Source: Peribacillus asahii
Lineage (GTDB): Bacteria; Bacillota; Bacilli; Bacillales; DSM-1321
DNA: 40,000 nt
Direction: 5' to 3'
NCBI RefSeq assembly: GCF_003570725.1
Contig: NZ_QWVS01000013.1
Location: 1-40,000, forward strand
Shown: positions 1-8,787 of the stretch, in pieces
How positions within the stretch are numbered: the first letter of the stretch is position 1
How the letters are laid out: each line of letters begins with the position of its first letter
The notes under the pieces: generated by a model
Told to the model about the DNA's origin: nothing
Seen by the model: the letters and a program-made list of their open reading frames with translations, nothing else
Databases searched by the model: none
Program-made: the position numbers and the translations under genes

Positions 1-218
1 ACATTTCAATCTTACGATTAAATACCAAACTCACTATTTTCACCTCCTCCCACACGAACAAATGATCCTATTTATGTTTTACGATAAGCTTACCAACAGT
101 TCAATGCCTATAATTCAAAAAAACTTGCTCAATGAAAAATAAAATTGAGCAAGTTTAACTATATTTAAAGAAGCTGTTTTTTAGCCCCTTTATTACCTAT
201 ACTAAACGATATGATTAA

Positions 219-698
219 TCAAGCCATTTTTCCGTTACCTAACTGCGACTCTTTTACTTTTTGATATTGGAAATACATTGCAATTCGCCAAGGAACAATC
301 ATTCCTAACGCGAGAATATAAAACATGCCAGCTAATACACCAAATTCTAGTGTACTTCCTAATATAATTTTAGCAACTACACGGATTAATAAAAGAGCAA
401 CCAAAATAAATACAAACGCTTTCGATCTCTGCATATAAATTTGATTGTCTCTCACTTCAAACTTGGATGTTTTAATTAACAAAATCGAAAATAACAGCCC
501 TACTGTAAATGCTTCTATAAATTCATAACTGGTTATGCGAAACATCGGAAAAATAAACATTAAAGCCCCCGTACTCATAAATAGAGGCGGCAAAATAATC
601 TTCTTCACATTCACGGGTCTTTCAGTTTCAGTCATCCTGAACTTATATACAGTAATCCCCATAATAATAGCAATTACCGCGGATATATAAATCACCAT
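219..698 (-). CDS. ccdC: CcdC/YneJ-family integral membrane protein
   Basis: 159-aa ORF with several hydrophobic spans. It is the third gene of the ccdA-ccdB-ccdC arrangement known from B. subtilis. Assignment rests on synteny and family-like sequence. Confidence 0.75.
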   Translation of the reverse strand: MVIYISAVIAIIMGITVYKFRMTETERPVNVKKIILPPLFMSTGALMFIFPMFRITSYEFIEAFTVGLLFSILLIKTSKFEVRDNQIYMQRSKAFVFILVALLLIRVVAKIILGSTLEFGVLAGMFYILALGMIVPWRIAMYFQYQKVKESQLGNGKMA

Positions 699-785
699 CT
701 ATCATCCCTTTAACTAAATTAGGTAACATTAATATTACGAATAAAAGTATATATTACCTAATTCAGATAAGCAAGAATACACACC

Positions 786-1145
786 TTAACTGAGAGTACG
801 GTTTATAGCCTCAATCACTCGACCCTCATCAAAAGGTTTCACAATAAAATCCTTGGCTCCTGCTTCAATCGCTTCAACGACCATTTTCTGTTGTCCCATT
901 GCAGAACACATGATCACTTTAGCTGTAGGAAATTCCTGTTTAATTCCTTTTACCGCATCTAACCCGCTCATAACTGGCATGGTAATATCCATTGTTACAA
1001 GATCTGGATTTAAGTCTCGATATCGCTCAATCGCTTCCTGTCCATTTTCAGCTTCACCAACTACTTGATGGTTAGCTTTTTTCAATATGTTAGAAAGGGT
1101 CATCCTCATAAACTTTGCATCATCTACTACTAATATTTTTGCCAT
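786..1145 (-). CDS. ccdB: Single-domain CheY-like response regulator (CcdB/YneI type)
   Basis: 119 aa with a receiver-domain signature: VVDD acidic pocket, phospho-acceptor context DITMP, and conserved K in KPF. It sits between ccdA and ccdC. Confidence 0.8.
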   Translation of the reverse strand: MAKILVVDDAKFMRMTLSNILKKANHQVVGEAENGQEAIERYRDLNPDLVTMDITMPVMSGLDAVKGIKQEFPTAKVIMCSAMGQQKMVVEAIEAGAKDFIVKPFDEGRVIEAINRTLS

Positions 1146-1282
1146 GATTATTCCTCCTCATTTCATACAACGAAGCACTATCTTATTCTATATCTATACA
1201 AAAACCAGAAAGTATCTTTAGAATATAAGACTTAAGTCCTTTAATCAAGATATATTATGTTACAATTTGTTTGAAGTCCCCA

Positions 1283-2032
1283 TTAAAACCCTGTAAATCC
1301 TCCAAATAGACTAGATAAAATACTAATAATCTTGGTCATCCAATCAAAAAATAACACTACTCCCATTATAATCATTAAGTATCCACCGGCTTTCATCATG
1401 CTAGAACTATACTTTTTAATCCAAGACAATTTTCCAATAAAGAAGGATAGTATGAAAAACGGAATCGCAAAGCCTAAAATATAAGCAATCATATAATACA
1501 TCGCAGAAGTCGGTTGAGATATCCCCATAGATATAACGGCACCAAGAATAGGTCCTGTGCAAGGTGTCCATCCCGCCGCAAACGCAAGACCAATAATCAG
1601 AGAACCAAAATAACCGGTAGGTCGATTTTTAAATTCAATCCGTTTACCTTTCATTAAAAATTGCGGCTGAAACACTCCTAAAATAATTAAACCAAAAAGG
1701 ATAATGAGAATGGCCCCAATTTGACGAATCAAATCAGAATAATCATAAAAAAAAGTCCCTAGAAAAGAGGTACTAAAACCAAGGGCAATAAATACAAGAG
1801 AAAAGCCTAATAAAAAGAAAATCGTATGTAAGAAACTTCTTCTTTGGAGCATAACCGGTTCTGCTTTAATATCTCCTACACTCATCCCTGTTATATAAGA
1901 AAGAAAAGCTGGATATAATGGTAAACAACATGGTGAAATAAAACTCAGTATCCCCGCTCCAAAAGCTAAAAAGATATTCAAATCATCCAATACTTTCACC
2001 CCTAGATAAAAAGTATATGTCCATTGTAGCAA
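1283..2032 (-). CDS. ccdA: Cytochrome c biogenesis thiol-disulfide transporter CcdA
   Basis: DsbD/CcdA-type polytopic protein with the [13 protein letters not shown] and GWTPCTGP cysteine motifs. The likely true start is TTG at 1990, with GGGGTG 6 nt upstream, giving about 236 aa. The ATG at 2032 has no SD. Confidence 0.9.
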   Translation of the reverse strand: MLQWTYTFYLGVKVLDDLNIFLAFGAGILSFISPCCLPLYPAFLSYITGMSVGDIKAEPVMLQRRSFLHTIFFLLGFSLVFIALGFSTSFLGTFFYDYSDLIRQIGAILIILFGLIILGVFQPQFLMKGKRIEFKNRPTGYFGSLIIGLAFAAGWTPCTGPILGAVISMGISQPTSAMYYMIAYILGFAIPFFILSFFIGKLSWIKKYSSSMMKAGGYLMIIMGVVLFFDWMTKIISILSSLFGGFTGF

Positions 2033-2192
2033 AGCATTTCATAAAAATACATTTATTGGTCTCCAATTATACTTTTACGAAAAATGATAGAATCCACAAT
2101 AAAAGCACTCCTAGAAATGCCTTTTCATTACTTTATTTGTTGCCTCACCTAATGGAGGTTCTTTTACAATGGTTTTTATCCCAGTTGCATCA

Positions 2193-2339
2193 TCATTTGT
2201 TCGTTAATTGGTTTATCAACATTTTTGCAACTCTTACTTTATCAATCCGAAACTCATTGTCTATGATGATAGATTTATAATAAGGAAGAAACTCGGCGTA
2301 TCTTTGATCTGTTGTATGAATACTCCAACCTTCTTCAAA
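2193..2339 (-). pseudogene. Unassigned gene fragment (48 codons, no start codon)
   Basis: Protein-like reading frame FEEGWSIHTTDQRYAEFLPYYKSIIIDNEFRIDKVRVAKMLINQLTNK. A TAA lies immediately upstream and there is no start or SD. Confidence 0.3.
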
Positions 2340-2449
2340 TTAAAGGGAATCATGTAGTAAAGAAATAAAAAAGTGTATGAATAAAACCGCTGATTAAGTA
2401 CATACTAAGAAACATCAAGCAACGATTAGATGATTGCTTTGTTATCTGC

Positions 2450-2538
2450 AAGCGTGTAGCTCAACTGGCTAGAGCGACTTGTTCACTTGATGCGATAGTG
2501 AATAATGTATTTTGCGGGTTCGAATCCTGCCACGCTTG
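2450..2538 (+). tRNA. tRNA-like element / probable pseudo-tRNA with aberrant anticodon arm
   Basis: Perfect 7-bp acceptor stem (AAGCGTG 2450-2456 / CACGCTT 2531-2537). D arm is GCTC-AACTGGCTA-GAGC. T arm is GCGGG-TTCGAAT-CCTGC. In place of a 5-bp anticodon stem with 7-nt loop there is a 9-bp stem (TTGTTCACT/AGTGAATAA) with a 9-nt loop (TGATGCGAT). No encoded CCA. Total 89 nt. Confidence 0.55.
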
Positions 2539-2799
2539 ACCTATTTTCATTTTTAGGAATAATAAAACTTCCCTGCTTATCTCCCCTTCTTAACACCACC
2601 TTTCTCTATGAAAAGCTCTTACTTCCCTAACAACGATTTACTTTCTCTCTTTCATACTTTGATGCATTCCTGTTATCTTCTTTTAATAAAAATAAGTTGT
2701 TATGTAACTGTATAGAAAGGAAAATGCAAAGATAAATTGATAGACTTATAAGAAAAGCTTGTAGTATACATAATGAAGTTGACTAAAGGGAGATGAACC

Positions 2800-3138
2800 A
2801 TGGAAGCGCATGTAAAGAAGTCTTTAGAAGAGTGGAAAACAGAAATTTGTGAGTTATTACATGGAATAGATAAAGAGTATGAAGAAGTAAAACGTGAGCT
2901 TCAGGTTTATTCCTATAAATTCAGCATTACTAAACAGGTTGTACAATCTACAGTCAATGATGAGATTATCCGCAATATCCGTGAGCTTTATCATAAACCG
3001 TTTGAACAAAGATTTAACCAGTTGAAAGAAGAAATAAAAGACCTCGAAGAAAAGAAAAAAGTGTTTCAGATGTTTGTAGATAAAATTGATAAAGTAAAAG
3101 AAAAAGAAGAGGTAAAACCCTATATACCTGCTCAATAA
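2800..3138 (+). CDS. Hypothetical charged coiled-coil protein
   Basis: 112-aa ORF with SD AAGGGAG 7 nt upstream of the ATG. K/E-rich heptad-like sequence. Followed by a strong terminator. No family recognised. Confidence 0.6.
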   Translation: MEAHVKKSLEEWKTEICELLHGIDKEYEEVKRELQVYSYKFSITKQVVQSTVNDEIIRNIRELYHKPFEQRFNQLKEEIKDLEEKKKVFQMFVDKIDKVKEKEEVKPYIPAQ

Positions 3139-3193
3139 CCCGAAGGTAAGCAGTGCAATAAAGAATGAAATTTATAGAACGGGTAATAAAATT

Positions 3194-3229
3194 AGCCTTC
3201 CTTTAGAACATGTTTCCTAAAGGAAGGCT
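3194..3229. terminator. Bidirectional intrinsic terminator
   Basis: 13-bp perfect stem AGCCTTCCTTTAG/CTAAAGGAAGGCT with T-runs on both strands, between convergent genes. Confidence 0.85.
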
Positions 3230-3253
3230 TTTACATATAAAACCTATTTGAAT

Positions 3254-4138
3254 TTAATGTTTTACAACTGTAGTAGTTGCCTTTGAACTAATATTCCCCG
3301 CCTTATCCTTTGCAGTAATAGAAAGTATAGTTCCCTTTCTTTGTGCTTTTATCTTAACAGAGTAATTTCCGTTCGAACTAGCCTTAGCAGACCCAAGTTT
3401 CTTACTTCCTGCCTTTACGGTCACGGTTGAATTAGCTTCTGCCTTTCCTTTAACTACTTTATCGTTATCATCTACCCTTTTAACAGTTGGTTTAGATGGC
3501 TTAACATTGTCTATAAACATAGCTCCGATTGCATATAAGTCCTCTTCTGTATTATCATCATAATACTCGTTATCTAGATCTAAAACACCCACATAGTATG
3601 TGCCTGCCTTAGCTTGATAGCCTTGTACTTGAACACCATTCTCATACTCATAGCCTAAATATTTTAACTTACTATTTTCAACATAATCTTTTTGTACAGC
3701 ATTAAATAGGAGATCAATGGAGTATGAATTAGTTTCTCCACCTACTAATAAAACTCCATTCGTAGGTACTACTACTTTATAGAAATCTACATCGTACAAA
3801 GGAAGTAATTGACCAACCATCAGTTTTTCATATGATAATTTATTTGCTGAATTAAAATCGTCATTATACTCTTCTTCAATAGTGTAATCATCACTGGAAG
3901 CACGACTCACAGTACCCATTTTATTAGAGCTTTTTGCAGAGCCTTTTATTTCTACTTGTAACTGATTTAATACAGCCGAATTCACTAAACCTTCTGGAAG
4001 TGGTTTTTCCACTTGGCGTTCAATAGCTTTCCTTGCCAACTCGAACTCAGTTCCTTCTGCCTTAACAGTGCCTACCGATAATGATGAAACAGCTAATACA
4101 CCTACAGCCACTAATGATAAAATACCTCTATTGCGCAT
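3254..4138 (-). CDS. Secreted protein with PPC-like (pre-peptidase C-terminal) domain and C-terminal bacterial Ig-like domain
   Basis: Signal peptide MRNRGILSLVAVGVLAVSSLSVGTVKA. PPC-like pattern NDDFNSAN...DVDFYKV...AGTYYVGV. C-terminal Ig-like repeat KPSKPTV..VKGKAEANSTVTVK..ITAKDKAGN. Start placed at the second ATG (4138), because GAGGGGGAAG overlaps the first ATG at 4153. Confidence 0.7.
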   Translation of the reverse strand: MRNRGILSLVAVGVLAVSSLSVGTVKAEGTEFELARKAIERQVEKPLPEGLVNSAVLNQLQVEIKGSAKSSNKMGTVSRASSDDYTIEEEYNDDFNSANKLSYEKLMVGQLLPLYDVDFYKVVVPTNGVLLVGGETNSYSIDLLFNAVQKDYVENSKLKYLGYEYENGVQVQGYQAKAGTYYVGVLDLDNEYYDDNTEEDLYAIGAMFIDNVKPSKPTVKRVDDNDKVVKGKAEANSTVTVKAGSKKLGSAKASSNGNYSVKIKAQRKGTILSITAKDKAGNISSKATTTVVKH

Positions 4139-4441
4139 ATTCTTCCCCCTCATTTGTTATGACGAACTATATACTATATTTATACTAATACATAAGAACT
4201 ATTTTTACCATTTTTATCCATACAAAGACTTAAAATCCCATCATCTAAGCCTAAGCATCTTCCTTCTCACCTCTTCTATAAGATTTAGCAGTCTCTTACT
4301 CAAGCAGCTATAAACCTAGGAAGTATCGCTGCATTTATTCACAAATCACCCCTAATATAATTCAAGGAAGGCTAATTCAAAAAATCTGTTACTACACTAT
4401 TAGAAGCTAACTAGAACATGTTGAAACCCTTTTAAGACAAC

Positions 4442-4471
4442 AAAAAGCGGGATACAAGTGTTGTTCCCCGC
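4442..4471 (-). terminator. Orphan intrinsic terminator (no intact gene upstream)
   Basis: Minus-strand GCGGGGA...TCCCGC stem followed by TTTTT. It lies about 260 nt downstream of the preceding terminator. Confidence 0.5.
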
Positions 4472-4732
4472 CTCGTGCTACCATATTACTTCTTTTTAAT
4501 TTTATATTCTCCTCCAATGGTATATAGTACAATTTTACCACAACACCAATATAAGGATGTGCTAATTCCCCCTAATGTAACTACTTAGTCACTGAATATT
4601 AATTTTCTAGGATGAAACATCGATTCATATCGAACCATGCTGGAGAACTACATCTGATGTGATCCATTCAATAAATGCCAAATATTAACAATATGTTTAT
4701 TCCCCCCTCCACTCAACCTGCTTTCCATCCAT

Positions 4733-4761
4733 AAAAAAAGAATCAGCACATAGCCGATTCT
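4733..4761 (-). terminator. Intrinsic terminator of the 95-aa membrane protein gene
   Basis: Minus-strand AGAATCGGC-loop-GCTGATTCT stem followed by TTTTTTT. Confidence 0.7.
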
Positions 4762-4877
4762 TCTAAGCATCATTATCTCTTTTTCAAACTGACAAGTTCA
4801 TAATATTTTTTATTTTTACTGGCACTCTTAATCAACTTTACATAGTTGTTATAAAAAGGACTAGACTAAAATTCCTT

Positions 4878-5165
4878 TTATTCATCTTTACCCGCTTCAA
4901 TCATTAAGAAGATTGCTGATATAATATGCATAATCATTCCCACAAAGGGAATCCAAGCAACACATGATGTCACAATTCCAAGAATATGTCCTGTTTTCTT
5001 TCTATTTTCCTTTGACGATATGATAAGTGATACAATGTGTAGAGCTAACATGACTAAAAGTGGAGTCCAATATAAACCAACTACAATTGATCCACCGAGT
5101 AAAGGAATGCCAAGTAACGCTTCCAATCCACCTGATACCCATTTTAATAATCTAGAAGCTCCCAC
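4878..5165 (-). CDS. Small integral membrane protein (about 3 TM)
   Basis: 95-aa ORF with GTG start and SD AGAGGATGA upstream. Three hydrophobic segments. Own terminator. Confidence 0.6.
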   Translation of the reverse strand: MGASRLLKWVSGGLEALLGIPLLGGSIVVGLYWTPLLVMLALHIVSLIISSKENRKKTGHILGIVTSCVAWIPFVGMIMHIISAIFLMIEAGKDE

Positions 5166-5344
5166 AATTATTCATCCTCTCTTTTTATAATATTTATTTT
5201 ATTCTATCCTTTCTAAATATAATCTCTAATATCTCTTTCGCTTTTTAACTTCATCTTAACTTAACCTTCTGTCATACCAATACTAATTCTTACTCATCAA
5301 TATTTTATCTTAATTAACTAACGTATCTTCTTTTTCTCCGATAA

Positions 5345-5809
5345 TTATCTATTTTTTAATTTAATAAGTTCATGTTTAGTTAGTCCGTCATAACCACTTT
5401 TGATAAATCCTACATTCGGAGCAAAGTATAGTTTATATCCACTATAAACTCCCTGTATTTCAATACAATTTTTAAAAGTACCAGCTCGTGTTTTCACTGT
5501 TTTAGACATAGACGTAACAACAAGATCCTCTTCTCCAAATGGATCTTGCAATGATTTCTTAATTTTAAGAGGATATTTTAAATCTAAATAATAAATTATC
5601 CCGTCTAAACTCAAATATCCAGTGTACAAGCCATTTATATTTTCACGCTTTATTTCAATATCTTCCCCGTTTACTATCCATTTGTCTGCACCATTTTTAC
5701 TTTTACCCGAATAAATATATTCCTTTATACAATCGCCTTCAACCCAATAAGTATATGTTTTCCTTTTATCCATCAAATAAAAATTTGTGAATTTTAAATA
5801 TTTAGTCAT
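5345..5809 (-). CDS. Hypothetical protein; probably the C-terminal remnant of a decayed SH3b paralog
   Basis: Intact 154-aa ORF. Its frame extends upstream as KKKAYV-MTKYLKF, which aligns to [12 protein letters not shown] of the upstream paralog. There is no SD of its own, and its ATG overlaps the upstream stop (TAATG). Confidence 0.5.
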   Translation of the reverse strand: MTKYLKFTNFYLMDKRKTYTYWVEGDCIKEYIYSGKSKNGADKWIVNGEDIEIKRENINGLYTGYLSLDGIIYYLDLKYPLKIKKSLQDPFGEEDLVVTSMSKTVKTRAGTFKNCIEIQGVYSGYKLYFAPNVGFIKSGYDGLTKHELIKLKNR

Positions 5810-6062
5810 TACATAAGCTTTCTTTTTTTATAACGAATCTCCGACTATCCTGATTTAATTTGTGAATAAACATATACTCCAACATCTTTCTTTAAGAATC
5901 CAACTTTTTTGTATTTTGTTCCTGCACCACTTCGTACGTTCAACGCACCGCTTTTGATATTTACGTATGCTATTTTAGTAGTAGCGGCTTCTGTAGTGAA
6001 GGAGTTAAACAAAATGATAATACCAAGATAAACGTAATAAATATTTTAGATAACTTTTTCAT
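5810..6062 (-). pseudogene. Signal peptide + SH3b domain remnant (paralog of 6112-6567), multiply disrupted
   Basis: Starts MKKLSKIFITFILVLSF. A frameshift lies in the signal peptide. The SH3b frame reads TKIAYVNIKSGALNVRSGAGTKYKKVGFLKKDVGVYVYSQIKSG, then TAG (5845-5847) where the paralog has Trp. A second frameshift lies at the T7 tract (plus strand 5823-5829). Confidence 0.7.
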
Positions 6063-6111
6063 TAGCCATGATACCAACCTGATTTTACATTAACACCAAC
6101 AATGTACATTT

Positions 6112-6567
6112 CTACTCCATCGACTTCACCATACACTGAATATTGTCCCTGATTATTATAAATGCCATTTTTTTATATCTCAGGGTATCCTTCGAATCCA
6201 CATAATATTTTACCATTGCATCCTCGAATTCTTTTTTAATTCCAGGAGACCATGCAAATGGGTCAGCAAATTTTATATATTTAGTCGCAACATACGCTTT
6301 TTTCCCTTTATACTTAATCTTCGACCAACCCGAGAAGTTATCAGTCGAATAAACAGCTACCTCTGCTCCTTTTTTTAATGAACCAATTTTTTTGTATTTT
6401 GTCCCTTCTCCACTTCTTACAGTCAAAGTACCACTTTTGATTTTTACAAATGCTTTTTCTGTAGAAGTCGTTTTCGATGAATGGAACGCTTCTGCATTCG
6501 ATGAATTAAACGAGAAAAATGATAGTATCAAAATAGGGATAATACAGACTTTCAATAATTTTTTCAC
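6112..6567 (-). CDS. Secreted SH3b-domain protein (possible frameshift near the 3' end)
   Basis: Signal peptide [29 protein letters not shown]3b motif [47 protein letters not shown]. At the homopolymer 6168-6174 the -1 frame continues as the more protein-like [35 protein letters not shown], ending at 6062. Confidence 0.7.
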   Translation of the reverse strand: MKKLLKVCIIPILILSFFSFNSSNAEAFHSSKTTSTEKAFVKIKSGTLTVRSGEGTKYKKIGSLKKGAEVAVYSTDNFSGWSKIKYKGKKAYVATKYIKFADPFAWSPGIKKEFEDAMVKYYVDSKDTLRYKKMAFIIIRDNIQCMVKSME

Positions 6568-6800
6568 AACTATAATCCTCCTTAATAATTTACTAGCAAT
6601 ATTCTACTATACTTCCATAAAAAAGGAATGTTTAATTTCTAATTCATATTTACCACACAAATATAAAAAACACTTACATAGTAAGTGCTTCTTATACCCG
6701 AATTATAGTTAAGTAGATTAATAAAAATCGATATATTATTAATGGTCGTCATCTACTCTACTCCACAAAAAAAGCATCTAACCATACCTAAGTTAAATAC

Positions 6801-6911
6801 TCAATCTAAAGTGTTGGTAGTACCTACATTCTTCGCTATTTTAAAGGAAGAACGACAGCCACAAGCAGCAATGACATTTAGATTATCAATAGTAAATCCT
6901 CCGCCCATCAT
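6801..6911 (-). pseudogene. HesB/IscA-like C-terminal fragment
   Basis: 36-codon ORF MMGGGFTIDNLNVIAACGCRSSFKI... carrying the C-terminal CGC-x-SF motif typical of HesB/IscA proteins. Stop immediately upstream and no N-terminal part. Confidence 0.3.
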
Positions 6912-7084
6912 CGATTATTTGCCAATGTTGATATATCAAGGTTTTTTATTGTTTTTGGTGATTATGAATTGCAATCATGATTGTTAATTGCAAGCCTTCA
7001 CGATTGTTAATGTCGTTAACTGAATTATACCCAAAGTTTTACACTCAAACAAGTAATAGCCAACTTATAATTCCTTAATATAGT

Positions 7085-7120
7085 AAAAAAATCCAATCCC
7101 CTAAAAATAAGATTGGATTT
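7085..7120 (-). terminator. Intrinsic terminator
   Basis: 10-bp perfect stem AAATCCAATC/GATTGGATTT with a T-run on the minus strand, about 300 nt downstream of the GIY-YIG gene. Confidence 0.6.
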
Positions 7121-7412
7121 CTGTTTACACGTTACCTATATCAGAAGTTCAACCACTGCTTCAGTTGTTAAGAACATAGCCGCTACAGATGCAGCGAACC
7201 CTTATATAATCATATTCAATTAGCACTAACCACTTCTCATGATAAAGCTTCATTTTCAATGATAAAGTAGTGATGGAAACATGTAAAGTGGTCAAGGAAA
7301 TATTTCTCATTAAGAGAAGGAATGTAACAATTATTCACCAATACAGGGAATAGATTACTACTATACTCAAAAAGGTCTAACTTAGCTTTTTCTCATTGTT
7401 AACCTTTTTAAC

Positions 7413-7817
7413 TCATTGACCAAATAATCCATCGAGGTATTCCTTTTCCTCTGGACTATTCCATTTATAAGGGTATTCACTCTTCTTAAAAAATTTGTGA
7501 CCCCAATATGAGTCTTCATTTAGCAAATAAGGTGTTTCACCATACTGTCCTCTTGTGATTCTATTCCAGCTGCGGTCAACATTATAAATAGGGTCTACTC
7601 TCTGTATTAATGTATATTCAAGTAAACGATGCTCGTCCGTTGGATAGATAGAGAAACTATGAACAAGTGGATTAAGGTATTCATAATGGTGTGAAAAGCG
7701 TTTTCCAAACTCGGAAGCATATCCAACATAAAGTGGTTTATTTTCTTTGTTCCACAGTATATAAACTCCACCATATTTAGAGATTGTATTAAATCGATAA
7801 AAGTCTGTTATCTTCAT
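7413..7817 (-). CDS. GIY-YIG nuclease-domain protein
   Basis: 134 aa. GVY-x10-YVG motif (GVYILWNKENKPLYVGYA), followed by the conserved Arg (GKRFSHH), Glu (LLEYTL) and YN positions. Confidence 0.65.
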   Translation of the reverse strand: MKITDFYRFNTISKYGGVYILWNKENKPLYVGYASEFGKRFSHHYEYLNPLVHSFSIYPTDEHRLLEYTLIQRVDPIYNVDRSWNRITRGQYGETPYLLNEDSYWGHKFFKKSEYPYKWNSPEEKEYLDGLFGQ

Positions 7818-8049
7818 AAGTCAACACTCCTTGTGTGCCAATAAAGTAAGGTTGCAAATAGTATATCATACTTCTAGAATTACCCTGTGATTTTACTAGT
7901 TCGCTTAGAATGGCAACGGAAACTTGAAATAATTTGTGATGTGTAGATGAGTCTGCCTATCTGATATCCCATCAATGTTCCCTGTGAAAATGTGGAAACT
8001 ATGCCCCCTATCCTATGAAAATGAAAAGAGACCCCTCAGGGGGAGTCCC

Positions 8050-8616
8050 TTAACACACTTGTTGATGCTTTTTGATTAACTTGTCTAGTGTTGGTCGTGA
8101 TACCCCTAATTCCTTTGCAAGCTGAGACTTTGATACTTCACGATTCATATATCGTTGATAATGCTTTTCGAACTCTTGGATTGCTACTTCTTTTCGTCCT
8201 TTGTACTTTCCTTCAGATTTAGCTATTGCAATACCTTCACGCTGTCTTTCGAGCATATTTTCACGTTCAAAATCGTTAATAGCACTAATCATCTTTAACA
8301 TTAGTCTACCTGTTGCTGTTGAGGTATCAATCTGCTCTTTAATTGATACTAACTGAACCCCTTTTGATTCCAATAGTTCAACTAGTTCTAATAAGTCTTT
8401 TGTGGAGCCTGCTAATCTCGAAAAGTCAGCAACATAGATTGTATCGCCTTCCCTAGCAAAGTCTAACATCTCTTGTAGCTTTGGTCTGTCGGTATTTTTT
8501 GCTGAGACCTTCTCCTGATACACCTTATCTATTTTGTACTGTTTGATAGCTTCAACTTGTCTCGCTTCGTTCTGTTCAACTGTTGATACTCTGATATATG
8601 CTATATTCATGTTCAT
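8050..8616 (-). CDS. Small serine recombinase (resolvase/invertase family)
   Basis: N-terminus MNMNIAYIRVSTVEQN contains the catalytic Ser motif. Also has DRPKLQ, the GDTIYVADFSRLAGS core and a C-terminal HTH (SQLAKELGVSRPTLDKLI). Start placed at 8616 or 8610 after GGAAGGAAAG; the longer ORF-track N-terminus to 8766 is not supported. Confidence 0.85.
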   Translation of the reverse strand: MNMNIAYIRVSTVEQNEARQVEAIKQYKIDKVYQEKVSAKNTDRPKLQEMLDFAREGDTIYVADFSRLAGSTKDLLELVELLESKGVQLVSIKEQIDTSTATGRLMLKMISAINDFERENMLERQREGIAIAKSEGKYKGRKEVAIQEFEKHYQRYMNREVSKSQLAKELGVSRPTLDKLIKKHQQVC

Positions 8617-8787
8617 CTTTCCTTCCGTATGTAACTGATGAATCAAAGATAGCATACTGTGTTGATAAGATTTGTTACGCAGATTAAGAAGAGATACTTG
8701 TATAAATATATGGTATAATTTTCCTAGTAAGTTCGTATTTTGAAATAGTACGAATAAGCTATACATAAATAAAAAGGGGGAGTTAAG

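Noticed and set aside
2450-2538. Reading the tRNA-like element as tRNA-Sec or as a class II (long variable arm) tRNA.
   Set aside because: An 8-bp acceptor is possible, but the D stem is only 4 bp. No UCA anticodon sits in a proper loop context. The extra nucleotides extend the anticodon stem rather than forming a variable arm.
5823-6174. Canonical programmed -1 ribosomal frameshifting at the two A7 tracts.
   Set aside because: In the zero frame the tracts read TAT AAA AAA A. The heptamer is therefore not a clean X XXY YYZ, because the P-site re-pairing would be on TAA. No downstream stimulatory structure was evident either. Homopolymer length error, phase variation or transcriptional slippage remain open; see the finding at 5345-6567.
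6742-6987. 81-aa plus-strand ORF.
   Set aside because: It has no SD. It overlaps, on the opposite strand, a HesB/IscA-like C-terminal fragment, and the region looks like decayed DNA.
8617-8787. Invertible promoter switch controlled by the adjacent serine recombinase.
   Set aside because: I found no pair of inverted repeats flanking the promoter segment. The only repeat is a single internal TTCGTA-N11-TACGAA palindrome.
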